Below, piece after piece: positions 23,613 through 35,122 of a DNA stretch of 64,000 nucleotides (positions are counted from its first letter, which is position 1; every line of letters begins with the position of its first letter). Source of the stretch: an uncultured Planctomycetota bacterium (GTDB taxonomy: Bacteria; Planctomycetota; Planctomycetia; Isosphaerales; Isosphaeraceae); contig CAWJTV010000019.1 in the NCBI GenBank assembly GCA_963845755.1, forward strand, positions 64,001 through 128,000, written 5' to 3'. The notes below the pieces were generated by a model that saw only the letters and a list, made by a program, of their open reading frames with translations, was not told where the DNA came from and searched no databases. The position numbers were made by a program, and so were the translations under genes.

Positions 23613-23675
23613 GTAGGGTGCTCTGCGAGCACCGATCGGATTGCACGGAGATTTGGTGCTCGCAGAGCGCCCTAC
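23613..23675. repeat. GTAG-type REP doublet
   Basis: GTAGGGTGCTCTGCGAGCACC-21 nt-GGTGCTCGCAGAGCGCCCTAC; second copy at 62008-62072. Confidence 0.85.
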
Positions 23676-23890
23676 GAACTTTGGCGATGCTGGTCGAATA
23701 CCCGCTCCAAGGCTTCAGCAATTCTCGCCTGGTGTTCGTCGAGCGACCAAGCGGGATCTTCTGCCTGATGCATGACCTCCTTGGCGGACTGGAGGTCGAG
23801 CCCAAAACTCTCTCGGATGGCCCGGATGGCGGCGAAGCGGTCGCCGGTGGCCTTGATTACCTCCCGAAAAAGTTCTACCGGACTGTCCAT
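23672..23890 (-). CDS. Small protein with an L7/L12 C-terminal-like motif
   Basis: 72 aa; AAIRAIRESFGLDLQSAKEVM resembles the IKxVRExxGLGLKEAKxLV motif; co-oriented with the locus. Confidence 0.55.
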   Translation of the reverse strand: MDSPVELFREVIKATGDRFAAIRAIRESFGLDLQSAKEVMHQAEDPAWSLDEHQARIAEALERVFDQHRQSS

Positions 23891-23985
23891 CGATTCGAGG
23901 CTCCGCAGCCCTTTTCCGAGATTCCTGGATCGTCACCCTTCACCTAGCTTTTGATCGCCCGCAACCCAGAGAGGCGTCGGTCAGG

Positions 23986-26900
23986 TCAATTCTTCGAGCC
24001 TGTGTCTTGTCCTCGAATCTCCCGGAACTGCCGACTTTTCACGATCGCTTCAATCGCGGCGAGGATATGATAATCCTTCGCCTTCAGCGCGTCCTGGATC
24101 TCGGTCATCAGCGGTTCGTCGGAAAGCTGTACGGATCGGCCGAGGGCATAGCCCAGCAGCTTCCGGGAGAACTGTCTCACGAATGAATCGCGGCGGACCG
24201 AGCTCAGGTAGTTTCGCAAGCTCTCGGCGCCATCGAGCGAGGTGCCATCGAGGGTCTTCGATCGCGTGTCGATCGGCCGATCGCCGAGGTCCTTGTCGCG
24301 CCATCGGCCGATCGCGTCGAATCGCTCCAGTGCGAATCCGAACGGGTCGATGCGACGATGGCAGACGGCGCATTTGACGTCGCTGCCATGTTTTTCCACG
24401 AGCTGCCGGACGGTCAAGCCCGCGGTGGCTGACTCGTCGTCGGGGAGAGGCGGGACCCCCTTGGGCGGGCGCGGTAGTCGCTCGCCCAGCAAGACCTCGC
24501 TGATCCAGTTGCCTCTCAAGATCGGACTGGTGCGCGCGGCACCGGACTGCTTGGCCAGCGTGGTCGCCTGGCCGAGGATGCCGCCGCGGGAGAGTTTCTT
24601 GATGCCGTCAACCCGGCGCCATGCGGCTCCCGTCACACCGGGGATCCCGTAATGCTCCGCCAGATCCTGGTTCAGGAACGTGTAGTCGGCGTCGAGGATG
24701 TCGAGCACCCGGCGATCCGACTGGAAGAAGTCGGCGAAGAACTGGATCGATTCTTCATACATCGCGCCGCGGAGTTTATTAAAAGTCGGGAAATGGCGCT
24801 CGCTCTTCTCGTCGAGCTGATCGAAGTCGTAGATGTGCAGCCACTGGCAGGCGAACTCGGTCGCCAGCCGGCGCGTCTTGCCGTCGCGGAGCATGCGACG
24901 GGTTTGAGCCAGCAGCACGTCGGTCTCGTGGAGCTTGCCCGCGGCCGCGACTTGCCGCAGCTCGTCGTCGGGTTGCGACGACCAGAGGAAATAGCTCAGC
25001 CGGCTCGCCAGCTCGAAGTCGGAGACCGGGCTCTGGCCCGCCACGGAACCCGGCTGCTCCACCCGGTACAGGAACGGCGACCCGACGAACACGCGCGCCA
25101 GCGTGAGGTGGAAAGCTTGGTCGTGGTCGAGCCCTTCTTTCCGCAGCGTGGCGTACAGCGCGCGAAGCTCGTGCGACTCCGACTCGGTCAGCGGCCGCCG
25201 ATAGGCGCGCGCGGCGAATTCGAGAAGCGCATTGAGCTGGATGGGCTCGGCGGCCTTCAGTCGTTTCCGGAACGCGGCGGCCCGATCATTGAAGGGCTGG
25301 CGCAACGGTGCGAACACCGAGGGGTCCGCGTCCTGCGAGGCGTACTCCATCAGTTGGGCCAGGACATCGACGAGCGTCAGCGCATCCTGGCTCACGAACC
25401 GAAGCTCGTCCCAGAGCCGGTCGAGTCGAGCCGCCTGGGCAGGGTCGAGCATCAGCCGGACGAGATGGTCGTCCTCGCGATAGAACAGCGTCAGCGTGAT
25501 GACCTCATCCACCGGGACGATCTTGGTGTAGCAGAGGGCCGCCGGGAATAACGCCGCGGAACGCCTCGAATGCCGACTCGATACGCCGGCGTGCCGGGCT
25601 CCCGTCGTTGACCACGATCGGGCGACCGGGCTGGAGGCCGGATTGCGAACGGGGAGTGCCGGCAGCCACGCCCAGTTGGACGCTCCCCTCAGTGCCGCTG
25701 TTCTGGTCGAGCAGGCCGGTCGCGATCAGCTCGCAACCGGCGACGAGATCGGCGGGGAGACGGATGGTAACGACCGATGGCGCGTGGACACACAGGCTGT
25801 CGGCGTCGATGGCGTTCCCATTCGGGTGCTTGCCGAACCGCGAGGCATCCAGTCCCCAGTCAAGCCCGCTCTTCGCGAGATCCTTGGCATGGTTGCCATT
25901 CCGGGATGCCGCATCGGCCCGATCACCCACTCGCGTTCGGAGCATCGCGCCGAACAAGGGTCCGCCCAGCGATGCGAGTTGCCGGTGGAGCGTGGCATCG
26001 GGGCTGCTAGATGCCGCGGGTGGTCCGGAACTCAGCAGTTCCTGGACGGCTTCCGCCAGCTTACGGCGGTCGTCCTGACTCCTGGCGGCCTGCCACCTGG
26101 CCAGCAGCGACCCGGCCGGGATCACGGGGGCCGTCGCACCGGGCTGGTCTGGCTCGGTGTAGAAATGCCAGACCGCGGCGTTGCCGAACCGGTCCGCGTG
26201 CGGGTTGCCAGCCAGGACGTCGCTCGAGACATCGGCGGCGAGGTCCCACGTTCGACCGCCGGCGCCGGATAGCTTCAGATCGATCGCCGTCAGATCGCAG
26301 GAGTGATTGCCGTCGCGCGGGCCGATCAGCAATGAGACGAGGTCGCCTTTCTGGACGTCGAGGCTTTCGATCGGTCCGATCTTCACCTCCTTGCTTCCGG
26401 CCGCGACGCCGTTGGCGAGTCGCTGGCGGGTCTGTCCGCGCCGCCGTTCGAGCGACCAGGTCACGCCATTGCCGCACTCGGGATGGGCATGCGTGACCGT
26501 TCCCTCGAGACGGACCGTTGACGTGACCGGACTGCGCCAGCCGGCGGCCACGCGCAGGGTCGGAGTCGGGTGCACCGCGACGCTGTGCGGTTTCATATTG
26601 CCGGGGATGCGGACGTGCTGGCCGGACGAATTCGCCACGAACTCCGGCAGGCCGGGATTGCCCCAGCCGTTGATGAAGTCGTAACCCGACCCTTTGGTCA
26701 TCTTATGAGCGAGATAGCCCTGCAACTGCACCGCGTCGCCCGAGCCGATGCCCAGATAGTCGAGCCAGGCGCGGAGGGCATCCGGCTCGATCCCGTGTGT
26801 CTTTGCGAGCGTGTTGATGTCCGCATGACCCTGTCCCGCCTCGGCTTGCTCGGCCGCGGTCAGATACGCCGACGCTCGGCCGAACACCTGCTGGCGACGC

Positions 26901-28217
26901 AGGGTCAGGTCGCGAGCGACGGCACGGACGTCTCGCAACAAGAGGTCGGGCCGACCGGGCGCCACGAGTCTCGGCCGCTGCCAGATGACGAAGTCGTCTG
27001 AGTTGCCGTCACCCGCATCCGACGCCAGCAGTGAGAGCACGACTTCCTGGCCCTCAGAAGTCGCTGGAATCTTGAACCGCACCTCCTGCCGGGCAACCAC
27101 CGGGTTGACGGGCTCCAGCCATCGCTTGGGTCCGCCGACCTTGCCGATCTGCCCGACGGTCGAGAATCGCGACAAGGTCTGTTGCCAGCCGGTGATCTCC
27201 GCGGCGAGCGCGGCAGCGTCGCTCGCCCTTGCGACTGCGCCAGCGTGCGCGAACGAGGTCCAGCAGCAGCGACGGTTCGGCGCTCCTCAGGCTGCTCCAG
27301 AGCGTGCCCAGATACTTGGCGTTCAGTTTGCGGTCCTTGGCCACGACGGCGATCGTCCGGGCGCCGGTCGCGAGGGCTTCGCGTTCCTCCAGCGTGGCCG
27401 TCAGGTACGATTCCAGGGGTAGCCGGCCGCCGTCATTGGTGTTGAACACAATGCCCTGGAGGTTCACCTGGTCGCTGCCGCGGGCATCGCTGAATTCGCG
27501 ATAGAGGCCCCGGATTTCCGCAAGCAGCTCATCGGTCCAGTCGCGTCGGGTGGTGCCGGGCGCGAATCGGAAACCGTCCGGCAACAGGACCGCGTGCGCG
27601 GCGACTTGCTTGGCGGCGTCCAGGTATTTCGTCAGGAGTGCCGGCGACATCACCAGCGCGTTACCGGTATTTGTGAACCCTTCGCCCGCCGCGCCATCGA
27701 CGGGAAACTCGCGCGTCGGGGTCAGCGACGCCAGGCCGGTCAGATCGCGGAGCGTGTAGGTGTACTCGGCGTTGTTCAGCCGTCGCAGGACCACCGGACC
27801 GGGATCGCCGGCATGCGCCAGGGCTTCCGCATAGAGATACCGCTCGACCCACCCGCGCAATTGCGTCGATTGCTCGGCCGTGGGCTGTTTCGCCCGCTTC
27901 GGCGGCATCTCCTTGTGGTCGAGCATCTCGGCGACCTTCTGCCAGACCTTTTCATCACGACGCACGTCCGTCAGCGTCGCGAACCGTTCGAGGTCCAGTT
28001 CTCCTTCCTGTTCCTCCGCCGAATGACATTCCAGGCAGAACTGTCGGATCGTCGGCCGGATCGTCGTCTTGTACTGATCGGCCAGGGCCTCGAAAGCGTC
28101 CGCTTTCGCCGTGGGTTCCTTCCCAAGAGCCACCGACGAGCAACCCCAAAGGATCGTTCCCAGGATAGCGATCGCGTGCATCACATGACGGCGGATGAGG
28201 TTAGAGATCATTCTCAT
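23986..28217 (-). CDS. DUF1592/DUF1588/DUF1585/DUF1587/DUF1595 cytochrome c protein, frameshifts near 27240 and 25550
   Basis: Signal peptide, CLECH, VLRRLNNAEYTYTLRDL, ELASRLSYFLWSSQPD, TSPILRGNWI, CAVCHRRIDPFGFALE, KLLGYALGR. Confidence 0.9.
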
Positions 28218-28269
28218 GAGGTTATTGGTCCCCAGGGCGGCTCACGCCACAACCGGATCCGGAATCGCT

Positions 28270-28944
28270 TCACACGCGCCCGCGATGACTCTCGATGTGG
28301 ACTCGCAGACACGCTGCGCTCTCTTCGACCCGGCCGAGCCGGAGTGCGTCGATGATGCGCCGGTGGCCGTCGATTCCCTTGGCCCACTCGGCCTTCTTGA
28401 TGCTCTCGCGGAAGCGCTGAAAGAATACGTCCAGGACATCGCTGAACGCCATGAGGGGGAACAACCCGCTCGCGGAGATCAGCTCGCGGTGAAACGCCAT
28501 GTCCAGTTCAACCCAGCGCTGCACGGTGCGAGCCTGGCGCAGCTCGCGATTGATTCCGTCGAGTTTCTCGTAAATCGCCGGGTCGCGGCCCATCCGATGC
28601 GCGACGTGGGGAAGGACGCCGGTCTCGATGACGAGGCGCGTGTCGATCAGCACGTCGGGGGCCACGTTCTGGAGCGCGGGATGAAAGCCGAGGTACTCGG
28701 TCACGCGGTCCATGTTCACGTGACCGATCGTCAGACCTCTTCCTGGTTTGGCCTGGACGATGCCCAGCATCTCGAGCGATTTGGTCGCCTCGCGCAGGCT
28801 GAGTCGGCTGACGCCGAACCGCGCGGCCAGCTCGGTCTCCGTCGGCAGGCGATCGCCGGGCTGGAGGCTCTCGTCGACGATGTACTTCCGCAGCCGGCTC
28901 AGCACGACATCGCGCAGCTTGGATCGTTCGATCACTTCGAGCAT
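28270..28944 (-). CDS. FadR/GntR family transcriptional regulator
   Basis: LQPGDRLPTETELAARFGVSRLSLREA wHTH; FCD domain (LDMAFH, HRRIIDAL). Confidence 0.93.
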   Translation of the reverse strand: MLEVIERSKLRDVVLSRLRKYIVDESLQPGDRLPTETELAARFGVSRLSLREATKSLEMLGIVQAKPGRGLTIGHVNMDRVTEYLGFHPALQNVAPDVLIDTRLVIETGVLPHVAHRMGRDPAIYEKLDGINRELRQARTVQRWVELDMAFHRELISASGLFPLMAFSDVLDVFFQRFRESIKKAEWAKGIDGHRRIIDALRLGRVEESAACLRVHIESHRGRV

Positions 28945-28986
28945 GCCGGTTCCTCGCGTTCGTATCGCACGCGTTTTCGCGAAAGA

Positions 28987-29005
28987 CAGATTATCAGACA
29001 ATCTG
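28987..29005. promoter_or_regulatory. Putative FadR-type operator
   Basis: CAGATTATCAGACAATCTG, near-perfect 19-bp palindrome 42 bp upstream of the regulator ATG in the divergent promoter region. Confidence 0.6.
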
Positions 29006-29168
29006 ATCGCGAACAAGCCCCGAGCGAAGCGCGTTCACGAGGCTTGGCGACGGGTCGCCGTTCGACTACACTAGTCCCCGACCTAACACCGGTCTTTGCT
29101 CTCCTCTCCGCGACCTCTGACGTACCGACTTGTAACCCTTCGATTCGACCCGCCGAGAGATCTCCACG

Positions 29169-31384
29169 ATGTGGTCACTGCGTGTCCTCGCCCTTAGCCT
29201 CTTGATCGTCCCCATTGCGAAACCAGCTTCGGCCGCCGAGACGCCGTTCGGTCTGTCTCAACGCGTTCCCTGGAACGATTCACGCGTGGTCGGCTCGCCC
29301 GACCCGCCGACCCCTTACAAGGTCGTGAAGGCATTCCCCAGGTTGGTGGTCAAGCAACCCTTGAGCCTGACTCCCGAGCCGGGCACGAATCGTCTGTTCC
29401 TCCTCCAGCACCTGAACCACTGGGCCGGGCCGGGCCGGTTGCTCGCCATCCCCGACGACCAGAACGCGCATGAGGCCGAGATGCTGCTCGAGGTCGACGG
29501 ACTGGCCGTCGGCGTCGCCCTCCATCCCGAGTACGAGCGCAACGGCTACGTCTACATCGGCCTGAACGGACCACTGCGAGGCCGGCCCCGAACCACCCAG
29601 GTCGTGCGCTACACGGTCGACCGCCGGCCGCCCCATCGCATCGATCCGAACTCGAAGCGACTCATCATCGAGTGGCCCTCCAACGGGCACGACGGCGGCG
29701 ACCTGGCGTTCGACAACGCGGGCAAGCTCCTGGTCTCCTCGGGTGACGGGACCAGCGGCTCCGACGTCAACCTGACCGGCCAGTCCCTCAACGATCTGAC
29801 GGGAGCGGTGCTGCGGATCGACGTCGATCATCCCGACCCCGGGCGGAACTACGGCATTCCGGAGGACAACCCGTTCCTCCGTCGCCCCGGCGCACGGCCC
29901 GAGCTGTGGGCGTACGGCCTGCGCAATCCCTGGCGGCTGAGCTACGACCGTCCCTCGGGCCAGACCTGGGTCGGGAACAACGGCCAGGACCTGTGGGAGC
30001 AGATCTACCTGATCCAGAAAGGGGGCAACTACGGATGGAGCCTCACGGAAGGGAGCCATGTCTTCAACGCCCAGCGACAGACAGGCCCCGACCCGATCTC
30101 CCATCCGGCCGCCGAACACCACCATAGCGAGGCCCGTTCGATCACCGGCGGCCGCGTCTACCGCGGCAGTCGGCTCCCCGAACTGGTGGGCGTTTACTTC
30201 TACGGCGACTGGTCCACGGGCCGCGTCTGGGGGATCAAGCACGACGGCACCAAGGTCACCTGGCACCATGAGCTGGTCGACACGCCCTTCAACATCACCG
30301 GGTTCGGTACCGATCATTCTGGAGAGCTCTATGTCATCGACCACGTCAGCGGATTCTACCGGCTCGAGCCGAGGACCGCGGCCGACCGGCCCTCCGTGCC
30401 GTTCCCGACTCGATTGAGCGAGACCGGACTGTTTGCCTCGGTGGCTTCCCACCGGCCCCACCCGGCCGCTCTCCCGTTCGACGTCAGCGCCCCGCAATGG
30501 GCCGATGGGGCGACGATGGAGCGGTTCGCCGCGATCCCGGGGATGGAACGGATCGAGCAGCAGCCGCAAAAGAATGCGGGGGGCACGTGGACATTGCCCG
30601 ATGGTTCGGTCCTGGTCCAGACCCTCTCGCTCGACCTGCCCGACGAGGCCGGCAAGATCGTCCGCAAGCGGATCGAGACCCGCATGCTCACCCGCCAGCA
30701 AGGGGAATGGACCGGCTACTCCTACCGATGGAACGCCGGTCAGACCGACGCCGAGCTGCTCCCCGCCACCGGGGGCGCCGCGGAGCTCGAAGTGGCCGAC
30801 TCGAGCGATCCGAGCGGCCGTCGCGAGCAGACCTGGCGATTCTCCACCCGCACCGAGTGCATGGTCTGCCACTCGCGCGCGGCCGGCTTCATCCTGGCCT
30901 TCACGCCGCTCCAGCTCGACCGCGACCACAATTACGGCGGGATCACCGACAACCAGCTCCGGATCGTTCGAACACATCGGCCTGTTCCAGGGTGCGCTGC
31001 CCGCCCGGCCCAAGAATCGGATCAGGCTGGTCAATCCGTATGAGGAGAAGACCCCCCTGGAGGCCCGCGTGCGGTCGTACCTGCACGTGAACTGCTCGAC
31101 CTGTCACGTCAACGAGGGGGGCGGCAACTCCAACATGGAGCTGGATCTGACGACCCCAAACAAACGAATGCGGCTGATCGATGAAGCCCCCATTCATGGC
31201 AATCTCGACATCAAGGACGCCCGGCTCGTCGCCCCGGGCTCACCCGAGCGCTCGGTGCTCTATCGGCGGATCTCCCGTCGCGGCTCCGAGCAGATGCCTC
31301 CCCTGGGGTCGAACGAGGTCGAACCGCTCGGCCGTCAAGCTGATCGGCGACTGGATTCGCGGCTTGCCGGCGGTGGGGCGATGA
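29169..31384 (+). CDS. PQQ-dependent glucose/sorbosone dehydrogenase (GSDH) family protein with C-terminal c-type heme motifs, frameshifts near 30965 and 31320
   Basis: Signal peptide; HDGGDLAF, GDG, IPEDNPF, WAYGLRNPWR, GGNYGW; CMVCH and CSTCH heme-binding motifs. Confidence 0.88.
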
Positions 31385-31501
31385 GCCTGGCCGATTCGCC
31401 GCGGAAGAACAGGGTCACGGCTTCACGGGTTCCGATGGCTCGTACGCGTTCACACCTCGGTCAACAATGGTCCGAGGTTCACTCGTTCCCACGCTCGGTG
31501 C

Positions 31502-31742
31502 CGAAGGTACTCAGTCCCTTCGAAGATCCTCACTCTCTCAAGGTGAGTACCTTCGAAAGGGACTGAGTACCTTCGAAGCCGACGCACGGTTCCTCGTCAG
31601 AAAAGAAGAGAAGAAGAAGAGAGAGCGTGTGTTGGCGTCGGATTGTGGATGCATCCATTGGTCGTAACGTTCGAAGGTACTCAGTTCCTTCGAAGGTACT
31701 CACCTTCCGTGAGTGCGGATCTTCGGGGCAAGGTGAGTATCT
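31502..31742. repeat. Cluster of direct and inverted TTCGAAGGTACTCA repeats around a purine-rich tract
   Basis: Six good or partial copies (about 31502, 31521, 31543, 31563, 31671, 31690) plus two weak ones; 31542-31577 and 31670-31704 form a ~35-bp inverted repeat; AAAAGAAGAGAAGAAGAAGAGAGAG at 31601-31625. Confidence 0.85.
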
Positions 31743-31863
31743 ACGGTCGGACCGCTCCGTCCTGGGATGGTGTGGACTTCGGTCGGTCCGCCCCGTTCTC
31801 GGACTTCAAGAACGAGTACGACGGCTCGGGTAGCGTGGAGGCTGTCTCGATCGGTTGCGCTCG

Positions 31864-33514
31864 TCACCCGGATCTCCCGGCCCCGGCCACTCTCCAACGC
31901 CTCACCACGATCATGCCCACGCTCAACGCCAGGAGTGTCCACCAGGGCTGGTCGCCGATCCAGTAAGTATAGGGGCTCCGGTAATCGAGTAAGGTCACCT
32001 TCGCTTTGGCGGTCCCTTCGGTGAATGGGGCGATCTTCGCGATGGTCTTGCCCAGCGGATCGACGATCGCGCTCAAGCCGGTGTTGGTCGCGCGGATCAG
32101 GAAGCGCCGGTTCTCGATCGCGCGGAACGCCGCGATCAGGTGATGCTGGTGAGGGGCCAGGGTGCGTCCGAACCAGGAGTCTGAGGTGATGTTGACCAGC
32201 ACCTCGGCACCCTTCCGCGTCGAACTCGTGCGCCAGGGCAGGGATGGTGTCCTCGTAGCAGATCAGCGGTGAGACCTTCAGCGTGTACGGCGTGCCGTCG
32301 GGCTGATGCAGCGGGTAGGCGAAGACCCGGGCATCGGTCCCGGCGGTGAAGACGCCAGCCTTGGCGTTGAGCGCCTTGAGCGCCGGGAAGTAGGAGGCCA
32401 GCGGAAGGTATTCGCCGAACGGGATGAGGACCCGCTTGAAGTAAGGCATCGGCACCGTGCCATCCGGGTAGACCGCGAAGGCAGCGTTGAAACGCTGTTC
32501 GTTCGGCTGGAAGGCATAGGAGCCGACGAGGAATGCCGAATCATCGCCGATGCAGGGCAGGATGGGCGGGTATCCCACCGCACCGACCGCGGCCGGGATA
32601 TAGGCCGGGACCGAGCCCTCGGGCCAGACGATCAACGTGCCGGGATGCGCGGCCGCCGCGCTCAGGTCGAACAAGCGGACGAGGTTCTTCTGCGCCGAGG
32701 CCAGGTCGCGCTTCTCGGCCAGCGTGGCATTGCCCTGCACCACGACGATCTCCTGACGCACGCCAGCAGGGGAGCGGAATGTGCCCATCATCGCGGCGCC
32801 GTAGTTCAGCGCGAGGCCGAACAGCATGACCGGGAGAACCAGGATCCACCGTCGCTCGCGAAAGGCGACGAACCGGACAGCCGCCTCCGCCAGCCAGAAC
32901 ATGAGGAACGTGACGGCCATCGCGCCGCCCAGCCCGGCGATCTGCACGAACGGGGTGAACGCGATCTGCGTATGCCCGAAATGCCACGGGAAGAGTCGGG
33001 GCATGAGCAGCTCCGACAGCACGACCGCGGTCGCCGAGCGGATCGCCAGGCGATCGAATACCGGATCCAGACGATGATGAATCAGGGCAAACAGCAGGAA
33101 TTGCAGCGCACCGAGCATGACAAACAGCCCGAAGATCAAGGCGGCGGCCGGCGGCCCGAATCCTCCAAAGACCCGGACCGTCTGGTAGACCCAGTGAAAG
33201 CCCACGAGGTGTCCGACCAGGCCGGCGCAATAGGTCGGCAGATAGGCCCGACGGCCGCGGACCCCGTACACCAGGAGCAGCGCGGCCACCCACCCGAGCA
33301 GCGCGCCTGAGGCGGTCTCCGGCACCAGCCAGGCCACGGCGAGGACCCCACCGCCCAGAACGGAGCTGACATCGGCCAGGTGCACCCCGGTTCGGGCTTT
33401 GGCTCCGCTTCGCAGGCCCATCAAGGCGGCGTGTTTCGCTCGGGTCGACGGCCGCGACGAATTAACCATCTCACCGGGCGCGATGAGGGCCGACCGGCCC
33501 GGCATGAGCGGCAT
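31864..33514 (-). CDS. lnt: Apolipoprotein N-acyltransferase (copy 1), frameshift near 32220; start uncertain
   Basis: TM N-terminus; VVVQGN, WPEGS, YFKRVLIPFGEYLP, LICYED, LVNITSDSWFG, RATNTGLSAIVDP. Confidence 0.9.
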
Positions 33515-33663
33515 GGACGTCCTCCCTACTCTTCGAGACAGCCAGGAAAGGAAAAACCGGCAACGACTCTGCCGCCGCCCCGGGTCGCGTCCGCGGGATC
33601 GGGGGAACGCCGCAGCGCGGCCGAGATCATAGGCACAAGTTTAGCGGAGGTCAATCTCGGCTG

Positions 33664-33785
33664 AGAGTCTGTCCCAGAAGGGGCCGGTCCGGGCGAGCGG
33701 GGGGCGTCAGCCCCCTGTCTTGGAGGTCCGTCGCTCACCGGACAGGGGGCTGACGCCCCCCGCTCGCCCTTCTGGGACAGACTCT
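33664..33785. repeat. Nested palindromic MITE/REP-like element
   Basis: Outer AGAGTCTGTCCCAGAAGGG / CCCTTCTGGGACAGACTCT; inner GGGCGAGCGGGGGGCGTCAGCCCCCTGTC / GACAGGGGGCTGACGCCCCCCGCTCGCCC. Confidence 0.9.
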
Positions 33786-34168
33786 GAGACGCCATGATCG
33801 AGCGATCGAGTGCAACGGCGTTGATCCTGCAGGGCAGCGCCGGCACACCCGGCTCGACTTCGGCCGTCCGCCGTAATCCCCGTATCCTTTACTTCTTTCT
33901 CGGCTCGGCGGTCGTGGCGGGCTTGGGTGCCTGGGCACGCGTCTTGCTGGGAACCTTTCCCCGTGATCGGTGATCGATAGCGACCTCCGCGACAGAACAG
34001 CGAGCTTGCCCGGTGACCTCCGTTGTTTTAGACTTGAAATTCGGTGGAGCCCTCTTTCACCAGGTGAGATCTTGGGATCTCGCTCTCATACATTCATTCC
34101 ACAGGCCGGCGCGATGAGGCTGACGGCCGAGCGTTCCGATGCAGGAAGGGACCTCGGGGAGTCAAGCA

Positions 34169-35122
34169 ATGACCTCACGAATTCTGGCAGCGGTTGTGGT
34201 TGGGGTGTTCGTGGCCGGGTTGACGGCGGAGACACGTGCCCAGCAGGGTACGCCATCCGCCCGCAAGCCGCGACCGGATAAGTCAACCTCGGTGTTGCGG
34301 ACACCAGCTTCGTCCGGCGTTGAGAATGACTCGGTCTCAACGGGCACGGCCGCAGGTCGCGATCCGTTCGATTCGGCGACAGATAAGTTGAAGGGTTCCG
34401 AGAAACCGGGAAGCAGTTCGAAAAGTCCGGGGGAATCCGGCAGCGATTCGGAGAACGATGCCCCGGCCAAGTTGCAGAAGGCGACGTTCGGGGCCGGCTG
34501 CTTCTGGCATGTGGAGGCGGCCTTCGAGTGGCTTCCCGGAGTCAAGTCGGCGGTGTCGGGCTATTCCGGCGGCTCGGTCCCGGATCCCGATTATGAGCTG
34601 GTCCACTCGGGGATGACCGGGCATGCCGAAGTCGTCCAGGTCACGTACGACCCGTCGGTCATCTCCTTCGAACAGCTCCTGAAGGTCTTCTGGTCGCACC
34701 ACGATCCGACGCAGTTGAACCGGCAAGGGCCCGACTTCGGCACACAATACCGCTCGGTCATCTTCTACCAGACGCCCGCTCAGCGGGAGGCTGCCTTGAA
34801 GTCCTACCGCGCGTTGACCGCCGCGCGGGCCTTTCGGGGTCCCATCGTCACCCAACTCCTCCCGATGAAGGCGTTCTATCGTGCGGAGGATTACCATCAG
34901 AATTATTACGGCGGCAGGTCGGACGCGCCCGTCGCGCGCCCGCGCACGTCCCGGGCCAAGCGGTTACGCAAGCCGGACCCCAAGGCGATGACGGCGAAGA
35001 CCGTCCCCTCGTTAACGGCCAAGTCCCCGGCGAATTCCAAGGGCGCCAGGGTGTCCTCTCCGGTCACGAGCTCAGCCGCTGGCGCGAAGGGTACCGGTCA
35101 GGTGAAGCCGGAGACCCAATGA
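34169..35122 (+). CDS. msrA: Peptide-methionine (S)-S-oxide reductase with signal peptide
   Basis: [55 protein letters not shown]. Confidence 0.93.
   Translation: MTSRILAAVVVGVFVAGLTAETRAQQGTPSARKPRPDKSTSVLRTPASSGVENDSVSTGTAAGRDPFDSATDKLKGSEKPGSSSKSPGESGSDSENDAPAKLQKATFGAGCFWHVEAAFEWLPGVKSAVSGYSGGSVPDPDYELVHSGMTGHAEVVQVTYDPSVISFEQLLKVFWSHHDPTQLNRQGPDFGTQYRSVIFYQTPAQREAALKSYRALTAARAFRGPIVTQLLPMKAFYRAEDYHQNYYGGRSDAPVARPRTSRAKRLRKPDPKAMTAKTVPSLTAKSPANSKGARVSSPVTSSAAGAKGTGQVKPETQ

Noticed and set aside
31502..31742. CRISPR array
   Set aside because: Units are about 14 bp, in mixed orientation, without unique regular spacers; no cas genes in the window
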